In this document: in pieces, positions 1 to 8,288 of the stretch
Numbering within the stretch: the first letter of the stretch is position 1
Layout of the letters: each line of letters begins with the position of its first letter
The notes under the pieces: generated by a model
What the model saw: the letters and a program-made list of their open reading frames with translations, nothing else
What the model was told of the DNA's origin: nothing
Database searches by the model: none
From: Patescibacteria group bacterium
GTDB lineage: Bacteria > Patescibacteriota > Microgenomatia > UBA1400 > 2-01-FULL-45-11
Reading direction: 5' to 3'
Assembly (NCBI GenBank): GCA_042569595.1
Contig: JBHPHI010000004.1
Span: 1-41,675 of the forward strand
DNA length: 41,675 nucleotides
Made by a program: the position numbers and the translations under genes

Positions 1-51
1 ACTTTAGCAGCTCAACTTTATCAAGAATTCAGAGATTTTTTCCCCGATAAC
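1..51. repeat. Perfect inverted copy of 168-218 at the window edge (probable fold-back chimera)
   Basis: Bases 1-51 are the exact reverse complement of 168-218. UvrB similarity ends at the junction (EIDKLR). Confidence 0.9.
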
Positions 52-413
52 CTAAGCTTGTCTATTTCAACATTTATGTCTGTTTCTTTCTCAATATATG
101 TGTCCGTTGTGGGAATGTATGCTTCTGGTTGATAGTAGTCGTAATACGAAACAAAGTAAGAAACAGCGTTATCGGGGAAAAAATCTCTGAATTCTTGATA
201 AAGTTGAGCTGCTAAAGTCTTGTTGTGTGAAATTACTAAAGTAGGTTTTTGAGTTTTTTTTATTACGTTTGCAACAGTGAAAGTTTTTCCACTACCAGTG
301 ACACCCAAGAGTGTTTGGTGATCTTTTTTACCCATAATCCCAGATGACAATTTTTTAATTGCTTCTGGTTGATCACCTGTGGGTTTGAATTTGCTTTTTA
401 GTAAAAATTTCAT
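21..413 (-). CDS. uvrB: Excinuclease ABC subunit B, N-terminal fragment only
   Basis: PTGDQP, Walker [32 protein letters not shown]. The last ~10 residues come from the inverted duplication. Confidence 0.95.
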   Translation of the reverse strand: MKFLLKSKFKPTGDQPEAIKKLSSGIMGKKDHQTLLGVTGSGKTFTVANVIKKTQKPTLVISHNKTLAAQLYQEFRDFFPDNAVSYFVSYYDYYQPEAYIPTTDTYIEKETDINVEIDKLRLSGKKSLNS

Positions 414-437
414 ATATTTTGATATAGTAAATCATAG

Positions 438-467
438 TTGACTAGCGAAAAGAGTTTCGGGTACTAT
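438..467 (+). promoter_or_regulatory. Predicted sigma70 promoter of lexA
   Basis: TTGACT (438-443), 18 bp, TACTAT (462-467). The spacer contains the palindrome CGAAA-AGAG-TTTCG (446-459). Confidence 0.6.
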
Positions 468-476
468 CTATTTACT

Positions 477-492
477 TTCGGTTTATTTACGT
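477..492 (+). promoter_or_regulatory. Candidate LexA operator (direct repeat)
   Basis: TTCGG-TTTATT-TACGT. Similar 11-bp-period repeats occur upstream of dinB and ruvC. Confidence 0.5.
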
Positions 493-517
493 ATTATTGT
501 AATAGAAAGAAGACAAA

Positions 518-1210
518 ATGGCGATAACCCTTTACAGAAGACAAAGACAAATTGTTGATTTCATATCTCAGTATATTCAAGCAAAGGGGTATTCGCCAAC
601 CTTAAAAGAAATAGCGGCTGCAATAGGGGTTTCAAGCTTGGCAACAGTTCACGAACACCTTCAGGCATTAGAAAAAAAAGGTGTAATAAAAAAATACGAA
701 GGAGCTGTTCGGGGAATTGAGCTTTTAGATAAGAAAATAGGTGGAATGATGAGTGCAGGTGTTAATATTCCCTTTCTTGGGTTTATTGCTGCTGGTAGAC
801 CAATAGAGCCTCATTCAGATCAAGACGCACAATTTATAGTCTCCCCCTCCATGGTTTCTTCAAAAAAACGATCATACGTTCTTCAAGTAAAAGGAGAGAG
901 CATGATAGAAGAAGGAATTTTAGATGGAGATTATGTAGTGATAGAAGAACAAGAGGAAGTAAGAAATGGAGACATAGTGGTGGCTTTGTTGGAAAATGGA
1001 CTAGCCACTTTAAAAAGATTCTTTAAAGAAGCAACCAGAGTAAGGCTAGAGCCGGCAAATTCAACCATGAAACCTATTTTTGCGACAAACGTTAGAGTTC
1101 AAGGAAGAGTTGTTGGTTTAATAAGGCGTTTTGAGGGTGATGGTTCCCGAAAATTGGGTGTTACAAACGATCTGAGAAGATACGTGAAAGACAACGAACT
1201 GCCTAATTAG
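518..1210 (+). CDS. lexA: SOS repressor LexA
   Basis: wHTH (GYSPTLKEIA...ATVHEHL), Ala-Gly cleavage site (IAAG), catalytic Ser (GESM) and Lys (TLKR). Confidence 0.97.
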   Translation: MAITLYRRQRQIVDFISQYIQAKGYSPTLKEIAAAIGVSSLATVHEHLQALEKKGVIKKYEGAVRGIELLDKKIGGMMSAGVNIPFLGFIAAGRPIEPHSDQDAQFIVSPSMVSSKKRSYVLQVKGESMIEEGILDGDYVVIEEQEEVRNGDIVVALLENGLATLKRFFKEATRVRLEPANSTMKPIFATNVRVQGRVVGLIRRFEGDGSRKLGVTNDLRRYVKDNELPN

Positions 1211-2486
1211 ATAAGTTTTTTAGAGCCTCTCCCACGACAAAAAAACTTCCAGTTATTAGACATTTTGACTTCTTTGTTTTTGGAATTAGTTTTAAGGCGT
1301 CTTCAACAGAATGAGAAATGGTATTTTTTACATTTTGCTTTTTGCACTCATTGGCAATTTTTTTAGGAGACATTGACCTTGGATGATTTGATTTTGTTGT
1401 AATTATTTGACTTGAAATAGGTTTAAGAAGAGAAATAATTTTCTTTACGTTTTTATCGCTTGATAAACCTAGAATTACTGTAACTTTATTTGTATATATT
1501 TGTCCGATTGTACTTGCAACATAATTAATTGATTCAGGGATATGAGCCGCATCTAGTATAAAGGTTGCTTCCCTTTTTCTAATTTTTTGAAACCTTCCGG
1601 GCCAATTTATATGAGAAATTGCATGTTTAATTGATTTTTTCGAAACACCCAATTGAAGTAAAACCGTTATTGCTGTTTGGATATTTACTAGCTGATGATC
1701 TCCAAGAAGAGAAGTGCTAACTTTGTCAAAAATATTTGCTATGCATATTTCCTGATGTAAAGAATCTTGTTTTATTTTTTCTATTTTGATTTTTTTAGAT
1801 GCATCTATAAAAATTGAATTATTTTCTTTGGCAACAACTTTAAACATTTTTTCTGCATCATTGTGAGATTGTTTTGAGATAACTATCGGAGTCCTTGGCT
1901 TAATAATCCCGGCCTTTTCTGTGGCAATTTCTTTTATGGTGCTCCCTAGAACAGAAGTGTGTTCTTTAAATATTGGAGTGATAGCAGAAATTTCTGGGCT
2001 GATAATGTTGGTAGCGTCTAGCCTTCCTCCTAACCCGACTTCAATAATTGCCCTATCTACCCCATGATTTTCAAACACTTTAAATGCGAGAATGGTCATA
2101 ATTTCAAAAGTTTGGATGTTTTCAACCATGCTGATATGGGGTAATAGGTAGTTTAAGGTATCAGTAAACTCATCTTTTGAAATACTTGCACCATTTATCC
2201 TGAATCTCTCTGTGAATTCAATAAGATGAGGTTGTGTGAACATTCCTGTTTTAAATCCTTCATGCCTAAGTCCAAGTTCAATTAAGGCGGAGGTTGATCC
2301 TTTTCCCTTTGTCCCTCCGACGTGAACGGACTTGTACTTTTTTTGAGGATTCCCGCAAAGATTTGCTAATTTCTTCACTTTATCTAAACTGAAATTTTCT
2401 TTAGACAGAGATTGACCCGGCTTTTTTTCTAAGTCTGTGAACTTGAGAAGGTAATTTGTTGCCTCTTTGTAGTTTTTTAACTTCAT
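1203..2486 (-). CDS. folC: Folylpolyglutamate synthase / dihydrofolate synthase
   Basis: HVGGTKGKGST, PHL..FTERF, EVGLGGRLDATN, EKAGI, WPGRFQ, DAAH, TGSFF. Confidence 0.93.
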   Translation of the reverse strand: MKLKNYKEATNYLLKFTDLEKKPGQSLSKENFSLDKVKKLANLCGNPQKKYKSVHVGGTKGKGSTSALIELGLRHEGFKTGMFTQPHLIEFTERFRINGASISKDEFTDTLNYLLPHISMVENIQTFEIMTILAFKVFENHGVDRAIIEVGLGGRLDATNIISPEISAITPIFKEHTSVLGSTIKEIATEKAGIIKPRTPIVISKQSHNDAEKMFKVVAKENNSIFIDASKKIKIEKIKQDSLHQEICIANIFDKVSTSLLGDHQLVNIQTAITVLLQLGVSKKSIKHAISHINWPGRFQKIRKREATFILDAAHIPESINYVASTIGQIYTNKVTVILGLSSDKNVKKIISLLKPISSQIITTKSNHPRSMSPKKIANECKKQNVKNTISHSVEDALKLIPKTKKSKCLITGSFFVVGEALKNLSN

Positions 2487-2510
2487 AACTGGGATTATAT
2501 ATTACGAAAT

Positions 2511-2535
2511 AAAAAGGGCCATTAAAGGCCCTTTT
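2511..2535 (-). terminator. Intrinsic terminator after the aldolase gene (possibly bidirectional)
   Basis: AAAAGGGCC-N6-GGCCCTTTT hairpin with U-tract, 20 bp after the stop at 2556. Confidence 0.8.
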
Positions 2536-2555
2536 GTAGTATTGTTTAAAATGTA

Positions 2556-3881
2556 TTAATCAGCTAAGCCTTTTACGTCCCCAAGTTTTGCTGATTTTGT
2601 GATAAAGTCATTTTTGGTTTTTGAAACCTCAACTAAATTCACATGTTTTTTTACAATATCTATTGAATCAACAACGTTTAATTCCTTGTAAAAGAACTCA
2701 AATCTGTTTGCTAGAGAGCTTCTTATCTTTTCTTTTTTTTCTTCTAATATATCCCAAGTGTCTTTTTTAAACTCCCCCCAAGCTTTTTTCCTGAGCTTGT
2801 AGTGAAATTGTTCAATGGTTTGACCTTCTTTTTTCTCGTCTTGTTTTGTTTGATCTAGCCACAAATACATTTTACTAATTAAATCGCTAGGAAATTCTTT
2901 ATGGTCCATTTGTATGTTTTGAAACCCTGTGGCGAGATGAACCTCTACAGCTTCTGATTTTGTGAATTGACTGAAGTACTCGTCAGGTAATGTAGAAGCT
3001 CCGTGCTGCACAGAACCACCAATTTGAAATTCCTCCCGGCAAACTTTCGAGACGTCTTTTAAAATAGAAAAGTCTATATCAACATCTGCAAGCGATCCGT
3101 CTGCAAGCACGACTCCACCATGGCTGCTTCCCGTGTTCACACTTATTTTACTCATACCCTTAACACTTCCCATTTCTTGGTTGAACCCCTTCAAATAAGC
3201 CCTCACATCCTCAACAGAGCTGTTTACCCCTCCAATATGGCCAACCTCGCCCCCTAAAGATGTTGTAATACCTTTTGGTTCGATTTCTCTAATAAATTTA
3301 GCTATTTCAACAGAATATTTGATGTTTCCGACCTGTTGTTCCTGTTCTTCCTTTTTGTCTAAATCGACAAGAGTAGACATATCAATATCTACATTGTAAA
3401 AACCTGCATTTAATGCCTCTTTTACTAAATCTGATATTGTTTTTATTTCGCCCTCTTTTGGAACTCCAGGTGAATCTGCTTTTGCCTGAAAATGATCACA
3501 CTGTAAAAACAAGGGCCCTACCCAACCCTCTCTGATGGCTGCCGCTCTGACTACGGTTGCATACTCCATTGGAGGTTGATCTGTGTATCCCATTTCAGAT
3601 CGTGCTAATTCAAAAATTAAAGCACCAACATTGTGTTTTACGGCAGCCTTAAATGCAGCTCTAGCTGTGTCGTAAGCCATTCCTCTTATGTTCATTGCCG
3701 GAACAGTAAAGTTGTGTGGTAGGTTGTTTGATCCTCTTGCTAAATAAAAGTCATTGATTGATGAAGAGATTATGCCTATTTCATTTGCTCGATTGTATAT
3801 TTGTTCTCTTGCAGAAGACTTTTCCTCTTCTAATCCAAAGACTGCTTGATATACAAGCTTGTCAATTTGTTTTGAGTTCAT
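2556..3881 (-). CDS. Class II fructose-bisphosphate aldolase family protein
   Basis: VPAMN, LQCDH, GGEVGHIGG, GSSHG, VQHGAST metal-binding motifs. Adjacent to glpX. Confidence 0.85.
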   Translation of the reverse strand: MNSKQIDKLVYQAVFGLEEEKSSAREQIYNRANEIGIISSSINDFYLARGSNNLPHNFTVPAMNIRGMAYDTARAAFKAAVKHNVGALIFELARSEMGYTDQPPMEYATVVRAAAIREGWVGPLFLQCDHFQAKADSPGVPKEGEIKTISDLVKEALNAGFYNVDIDMSTLVDLDKKEEQEQQVGNIKYSVEIAKFIREIEPKGITTSLGGEVGHIGGVNSSVEDVRAYLKGFNQEMGSVKGMSKISVNTGSSHGGVVLADGSLADVDIDFSILKDVSKVCREEFQIGGSVQHGASTLPDEYFSQFTKSEAVEVHLATGFQNIQMDHKEFPSDLISKMYLWLDQTKQDEKKEGQTIEQFHYKLRKKAWGEFKKDTWDILEEKKEKIRSSLANRFEFFYKELNVVDSIDIVKKHVNLVEVSKTKNDFITKSAKLGDVKGLAD

Positions 3882-3889
3882 TTTTCTCC

Positions 3890-4852
3890 TTAAAGTCTGT
3901 AATTTATTCTTTTTTTATCAAATACGTGAGTTGTGTCTATGAACCTAATCTTATCGCTTTGGTTGCTCATTACCAATGTGTGGGTTCTAGCACCTCCACC
4001 GAAAAATCTTACCCCTTTTAGTAAATCTCCGTTCGTGACTCCAGTTGCACAAAATACTATTTGCTTTCCACTTGCTAGTTGTTTGTGTGAGTATATTTTT
4101 TTAGGATCTCCACCCATTTTTTTGAGTCTATTTTCTTCCTCTTTGTTTTTTACCCAGAATCTTCCTTGCATTTCACCCTTTAGACATCTAATAGCAGCTG
4201 CTGTCATAACGCCTTCCGGCGCAGCCCCAATTCCCATAACAGCGTGCACTCCTGTACCTCTCATACAGGCAGCCACTCCTGGAAGTAAATCCCCGTCTGG
4301 AATGAGTTTTACTCGAGCGCCTGTTCTTCTAATGTCTGTAATTAGTTCTTCGTGTCTATCTCTGTCTAGAACCACAACCACCAGATCTTTAATATCCCTT
4401 TTTAAAGAGCTTGCTATGGTTTTAAGCGTTTTCTTTACAGGATCATCGATATGAACTTTACCAGCAGAATCTGGACCAACAATTAGCTTCTCCATATACA
4501 TGTCAGGGGCGTGGAATAGTCCATTTTTTTCTGAAGCTGATAAAACAGAAATTGCTCTAGGCCCAAACACAGCAGTTGCATTTGTGTTTTCTAGAGGATC
4601 AACAGCAATATCTATGGACTTTCCTTTTCCTGTGCCTAATTCTTCTCCAATATATAGCATTGGAGCTTCATCTCTCTCTCCCTCTCCTATAACAACCCTT
4701 CCCTTAAACTCTACTGAGTTGAGGTACTCTCTCATGGCTTTTACTGCAGCTTTATCAGCGCCAATTTTATTTCCAAAGCCCGCTTCATAAGCGGCTTGAA
4801 TTGCGCCTGCCTCCGTAGCGTGAGATAAAGCTAACGCTAATGAATGTTCCAT
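3890..4852 (-). CDS. glpX: Fructose-1,6-bisphosphatase class II
   Basis: ADKAAV.AMR, VVIGEGERDEAPMLYIGE, DIAVDPLE, DGD, ATGVT.GDLL.GV. Confidence 0.95.
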   Translation of the reverse strand: MEHSLALALSHATEAGAIQAAYEAGFGNKIGADKAAVKAMREYLNSVEFKGRVVIGEGERDEAPMLYIGEELGTGKGKSIDIAVDPLENTNATAVFGPRAISVLSASEKNGLFHAPDMYMEKLIVGPDSAGKVHIDDPVKKTLKTIASSLKRDIKDLVVVVLDRDRHEELITDIRRTGARVKLIPDGDLLPGVAACMRGTGVHAVMGIGAAPEGVMTAAAIRCLKGEMQGRFWVKNKEEENRLKKMGGDPKKIYSHKQLASGKQIVFCATGVTNGDLLKGVRFFGGGARTHTLVMSNQSDKIRFIDTTHVFDKKRINYRL

Positions 4853-4863
4853 AAGTCCTTTCG

Positions 4864-5676
4864 TTATTGATTTGTTTTTGCCCAGTTTGTTTGAGCTGTT
4901 TTGTAGTCCTTTTGGTTGGATATGTCTTGCCAGAATCCTTGAAAAATAAATGCTGTTAATTCTCCCTCTCCCGCAAGTGTTGGAAAAATGTCACTTTCAA
5001 GTTTTGATTTTTTCACTATCCTTTTTAGGATTTGAGATTTGAAGACATAAATTCCTGTGTTGATAATATCAATTCCTTTAGTTTCAGTTTTTTCGAAAAA
5101 ATCTGTAATTTGATTTCCTTCTATCAGAACTTTACCGAAAGATTTTTCACCCTTTCTCGGTTTTACAGCAATTGTTGCTAGAGTGTCTTCTTGTGAGTGA
5201 AATTGAATAAAAGTTTTTAAATTCATGTTGGTTAAAATATCTCCATGAATTATTAAAAAATTTTCACCTGTAATATATTTTTCTGCTTTTTTAACAGCTC
5301 CTCCGGTACCAGATGGTGATGTTTCTGAAATGAATCGTATTCGAATGTTTTCTTCTGATTTTTTGAGGTCTTTTTTTATTTCTTCTATATCTTTTCCTGC
5401 ACAAATGACGACCTGACTTATCCCATTACTAACAAGTTGTGAGATTGTGTGTCTCAAAAGAGATTGATTGCCTATGGTTTTTAGGGTTGGGTTGTTTTTG
5501 TGCTTATCTCCGCCCGTTAAAATTATGGCGGTTTCAAGTGGGGTTTTTAAACTTTTTCTAATAAGTGACTCTATTGCATGTGACCTGTTTCTTATTTCAG
5601 AGCCATCTATGGTCTTATCAACCTTATTTAATAAGTCTTTTGGCAGGGTGATTGTTAGTCTACTTTTTGTTCTCAT
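4864..5676 (-). CDS. Ribbon-helix-helix DNA-binding domain fused to a degenerate sugar-phosphate nucleotidyltransferase domain
   Basis: N-terminal RLTITLPKDLLNKVD...NRSHAIESLIR (CopG/NikR-type RHH). Then AIILTGG, GTGGA, HGDIL, INTGIYVF, WQDI. GxGTR and PK are missing. Confidence 0.85.
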   Translation of the reverse strand: MRTKSRLTITLPKDLLNKVDKTIDGSEIRNRSHAIESLIRKSLKTPLETAIILTGGDKHKNNPTLKTIGNQSLLRHTISQLVSNGISQVVICAGKDIEEIKKDLKKSEENIRIRFISETSPSGTGGAVKKAEKYITGENFLIIHGDILTNMNLKTFIQFHSQEDTLATIAVKPRKGEKSFGKVLIEGNQITDFFEKTETKGIDIINTGIYVFKSQILKRIVKKSKLESDIFPTLAGEGELTAFIFQGFWQDISNQKDYKTAQTNWAKTNQ

Positions 5677-6932
5677 GCTTTTAGAACCTCGATTCCGGGC
5701 AGTTTTTTACCTCCTAAAAATTCTAATGATGCTCCTCCAGAGGCAGAGACGTAGTCATACCTATTTTGGAGCTTAAACTTATTTATTGCCGCCATAGTAT
5801 CCCCACCACCCAATATGGTGGTCGCCTTACTTTTTGCAATTGCTGAAGCAACTGACTTTGTGCCTTCTTCAAATTGTTTCAATTCAAACATTCCCATCGG
5901 TCCATTCCAAAATATGGTTTCTGCCTCTAAGATTATCTCTTTAAATAGTTTTTGAGTTTTGGGTCCAATATCTAGATACATTACATTTCTGTCTTCTTTC
6001 ATGTTGCCATTTGTTAATTCGATTGTGTGAACAGATTTTGAATGTTTTGGCCCTTGGGCTGCGACTACGTCAATTGGATATACAATTTTTGGAATAGGGA
6101 TGTAGTTGTTTAGCAAAAGCTTTTCTTGCCTGGTAGATTTGAGCATGTTTTCTGCAAATTTCACGTAATCAACTTCGCGTTTTTTTTCATCAGCTACTAC
6201 GTCTTGGAGGTAGGATGAATATATCTTTACCCCTTCTGCTTTTAAGAAATTGTTTGCAACTCCGCCTCCCACTAAAATCACGTCCGCAATTTTGGCAAGG
6301 TTGTAGATTGCGTCAATTTTATCCGAAATTTTGGCGCCACCAACAATTGCAACTAAAGGCCTTTTTGGTTTGGTGGTTAATGACGACAACATTTCAACTT
6401 CTTTTTGTAGTGTGAACCCGGCATAGGATGGAAGGTGTTTGGCAACCCCCGAAACTGAAGCGTGCTCTCTGTGACTTAATGAAAACCCGTCATTTACGAA
6501 AATATCTGCATATGAAGCCAAAGATTTTGATAATTTTGAATCATTTTTTGTCTCACCGGGCTCAAATCTATTATTTTCTAACATGAAAATTTCACCTAGA
6601 TTACCATTTTTTATAGCTACTTCGACATCCTTTCCTATAACATTGTCAAGTTTTTTGATTGGTTTTTTAATCAATTTTTCGAGCTCTTTCGCAACAGGGT
6701 CAAGTCTTAAACCCTCAACAACCTTGCCATCTGGTCTTCCAAGATGAGACATTAAAATAGTTTTACAATTTTGTTCTATGAGGTACTCAATTGTTGTGAG
6801 GGTAATTTTAATTCTGGTATTATCGACAACTCTAAATTTCTCCCCTTTTTGCATCAACGGAACATTGTAGTCTACTTTTACTAAGGCGGTTTTGTTTTTT
6901 ATATTTGCATTTTTTAAAGATTTAAGTTTCAT
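5673..6932 (-). CDS. pgk: Phosphoglycerate kinase
   Basis: DYNVP, SHLGRP, LEN.RF, GGAKISDK, DIGP, WNGPMGMFE, GGGDT, GGASLEFL. Confidence 0.96.
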   Translation of the reverse strand: MKLKSLKNANIKNKTALVKVDYNVPLMQKGEKFRVVDNTRIKITLTTIEYLIEQNCKTILMSHLGRPDGKVVEGLRLDPVAKELEKLIKKPIKKLDNVIGKDVEVAIKNGNLGEIFMLENNRFEPGETKNDSKLSKSLASYADIFVNDGFSLSHREHASVSGVAKHLPSYAGFTLQKEVEMLSSLTTKPKRPLVAIVGGAKISDKIDAIYNLAKIADVILVGGGVANNFLKAEGVKIYSSYLQDVVADEKKREVDYVKFAENMLKSTRQEKLLLNNYIPIPKIVYPIDVVAAQGPKHSKSVHTIELTNGNMKEDRNVMYLDIGPKTQKLFKEIILEAETIFWNGPMGMFELKQFEEGTKSVASAIAKSKATTILGGGDTMAAINKFKLQNRYDYVSASGGASLEFLGGKKLPGIEVLKA

Positions 6933-6958
6933 TGATTATTCCCACAAATTTAATATCT

Positions 6959-6984
6959 TATGAAGAGTTCATACTTTTTCATAC
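6959..6984. promoter_or_regulatory. Candidate operator: TTCATAC tandem repeat plus an inverted third unit
   Basis: TTCATACTTTTTCATAC (6968-6984) is identical to 14881-14897. An inverted TATGAA unit lies at 6959-6964. Confidence 0.7.
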
Positions 6985-7009
6985 TATATATTTAGATAAA
7001 GTTAGTCAA
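6981..7009 (-). promoter_or_regulatory. Predicted sigma70 promoter of the pgk-RHH-glpX-aldolase operon
   Basis: Minus strand TTGACT (7009-7004), 17 bp, TAGTAT (6986-6981). Confidence 0.65.
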
Positions 7010-7010
7010 C

Positions 7011-8279
7011 TTACTGACTTTGTTTTGAAGATGTGACGGAAGCTTCTATTTGAAGAAGCCTATTGTATTGAATAACCCTTTCACCACGCGTTGGTGCTCC
7101 GAGCTTTACGTATTCTGCTCCAGTTCCTACTGCCAGATCTGAAATGAAGGTATCATTTGTAGCCCCAACCCTACTTGAAACCACACAGTTTAATCCTGAT
7201 GACTTTATTAAACTTATGTATTCAATTATCTCAGAGACTGTTCCTATTTGATTTGGTTTAATTGACACGGCAGTGCAAGCTTTTTGCTGTATTGCAGTAT
7301 TGGTTAATTCTTTGTTACCTGAAGTTAACTTGTCGGCTATTATTAAGGTATCTTTTCCGACTTCAAATGTTATTTCTCCCCAGCCTTTAACATCTGCTGC
7401 AATCAATGGATCTTCTAGAACAAAAAGGTGATATTTTGAGTTCAATTCTTTGTAGAATTCGATAATGTCTTTTTTACTTATTTTTTTTGACCTATCACTT
7501 ATGTTGTATGCATTGTTTTTATATATATCATCAGCTGCTGCATCTATTCCTAAAAACACATCCTGACCAGTGTAGTAAGATGTGGTTTTAATAGCTTCGT
7601 AAATAATTTCTAAAGCATCAATATTTGTATAAAGGTTTGGTGTAAACCCCCCCTGAGCTCCAACGCTGTGTATGGCCTTGTTGGCAATTAGTGTTTTTTC
7701 TAAGGAATGAAAAATTTCAGAGCTGATTCTCAACGAATCTGAAAAGGAGTGTCTTGATGAAGGAATTATTTGAAATTCTTGGAAGTCTAAACCTCCAATG
7801 CCAAATACGCCTCCGCTAATTATTGCCACTATTGGAGAAGGAAGTGTGTATGAAGTTGTTAGTTGGTATTTTTTCCCAAAATACTCGTAAAGTGGCATAT
7901 GAAATAAAGAAGCTCCAGCTTTTGCGATAGCTTGAGATACTGGCAAAATCGCATTGGCTCCAAGTTTGCTTTTGTTTGCTGTGCCATCGATTTCAATCAT
8001 TGTTTTGTCAACCTGGCTTTGCCTACTAGGATCTAAGCCTTTTAATCTAGGAGCAATGATCGTGTTTATATTACTTACGGCTTTTTCTACACTTTTTCCG
8101 TGATAGTTTGAAGGATCGTTATCTCTTACTTCCAAAGGCTCATTTTTTGACTTTGTGGTGTTGCTTGAAACTGAGCTGACACCGAAGGCTCCGTTATCTA
8201 ACCAAACAGTTGCCTCAACCGTTGGCCAACCCGTTGAGTCTAGTATGCTCCTTGCTGATATGTGATAAATTTTTGCCAT
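7011..8279 (-). CDS. eno: Enolase-family protein with degenerate active site
   Basis: Full-length enolase motifs (ILDS.G.PTVE, KSKLGANAIL, QEF, LEDP, IKPNQIG, YNRLL.IE). GDEGG has become GAQGG and SHRSGET has become SSRVGAT. Confidence 0.88.
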   Translation of the reverse strand: MAKIYHISARSILDSTGWPTVEATVWLDNGAFGVSSVSSNTTKSKNEPLEVRDNDPSNYHGKSVEKAVSNINTIIAPRLKGLDPSRQSQVDKTMIEIDGTANKSKLGANAILPVSQAIAKAGASLFHMPLYEYFGKKYQLTTSYTLPSPIVAIISGGVFGIGGLDFQEFQIIPSSRHSFSDSLRISSEIFHSLEKTLIANKAIHSVGAQGGFTPNLYTNIDALEIIYEAIKTTSYYTGQDVFLGIDAAADDIYKNNAYNISDRSKKISKKDIIEFYKELNSKYHLFVLEDPLIAADVKGWGEITFEVGKDTLIIADKLTSGNKELTNTAIQQKACTAVSIKPNQIGTVSEIIEYISLIKSSGLNCVVSSRVGATNDTFISDLAVGTGAEYVKLGAPTRGERVIQYNRLLQIEASVTSSKQSQ

Positions 8280-8288
8280 AATCTAATG

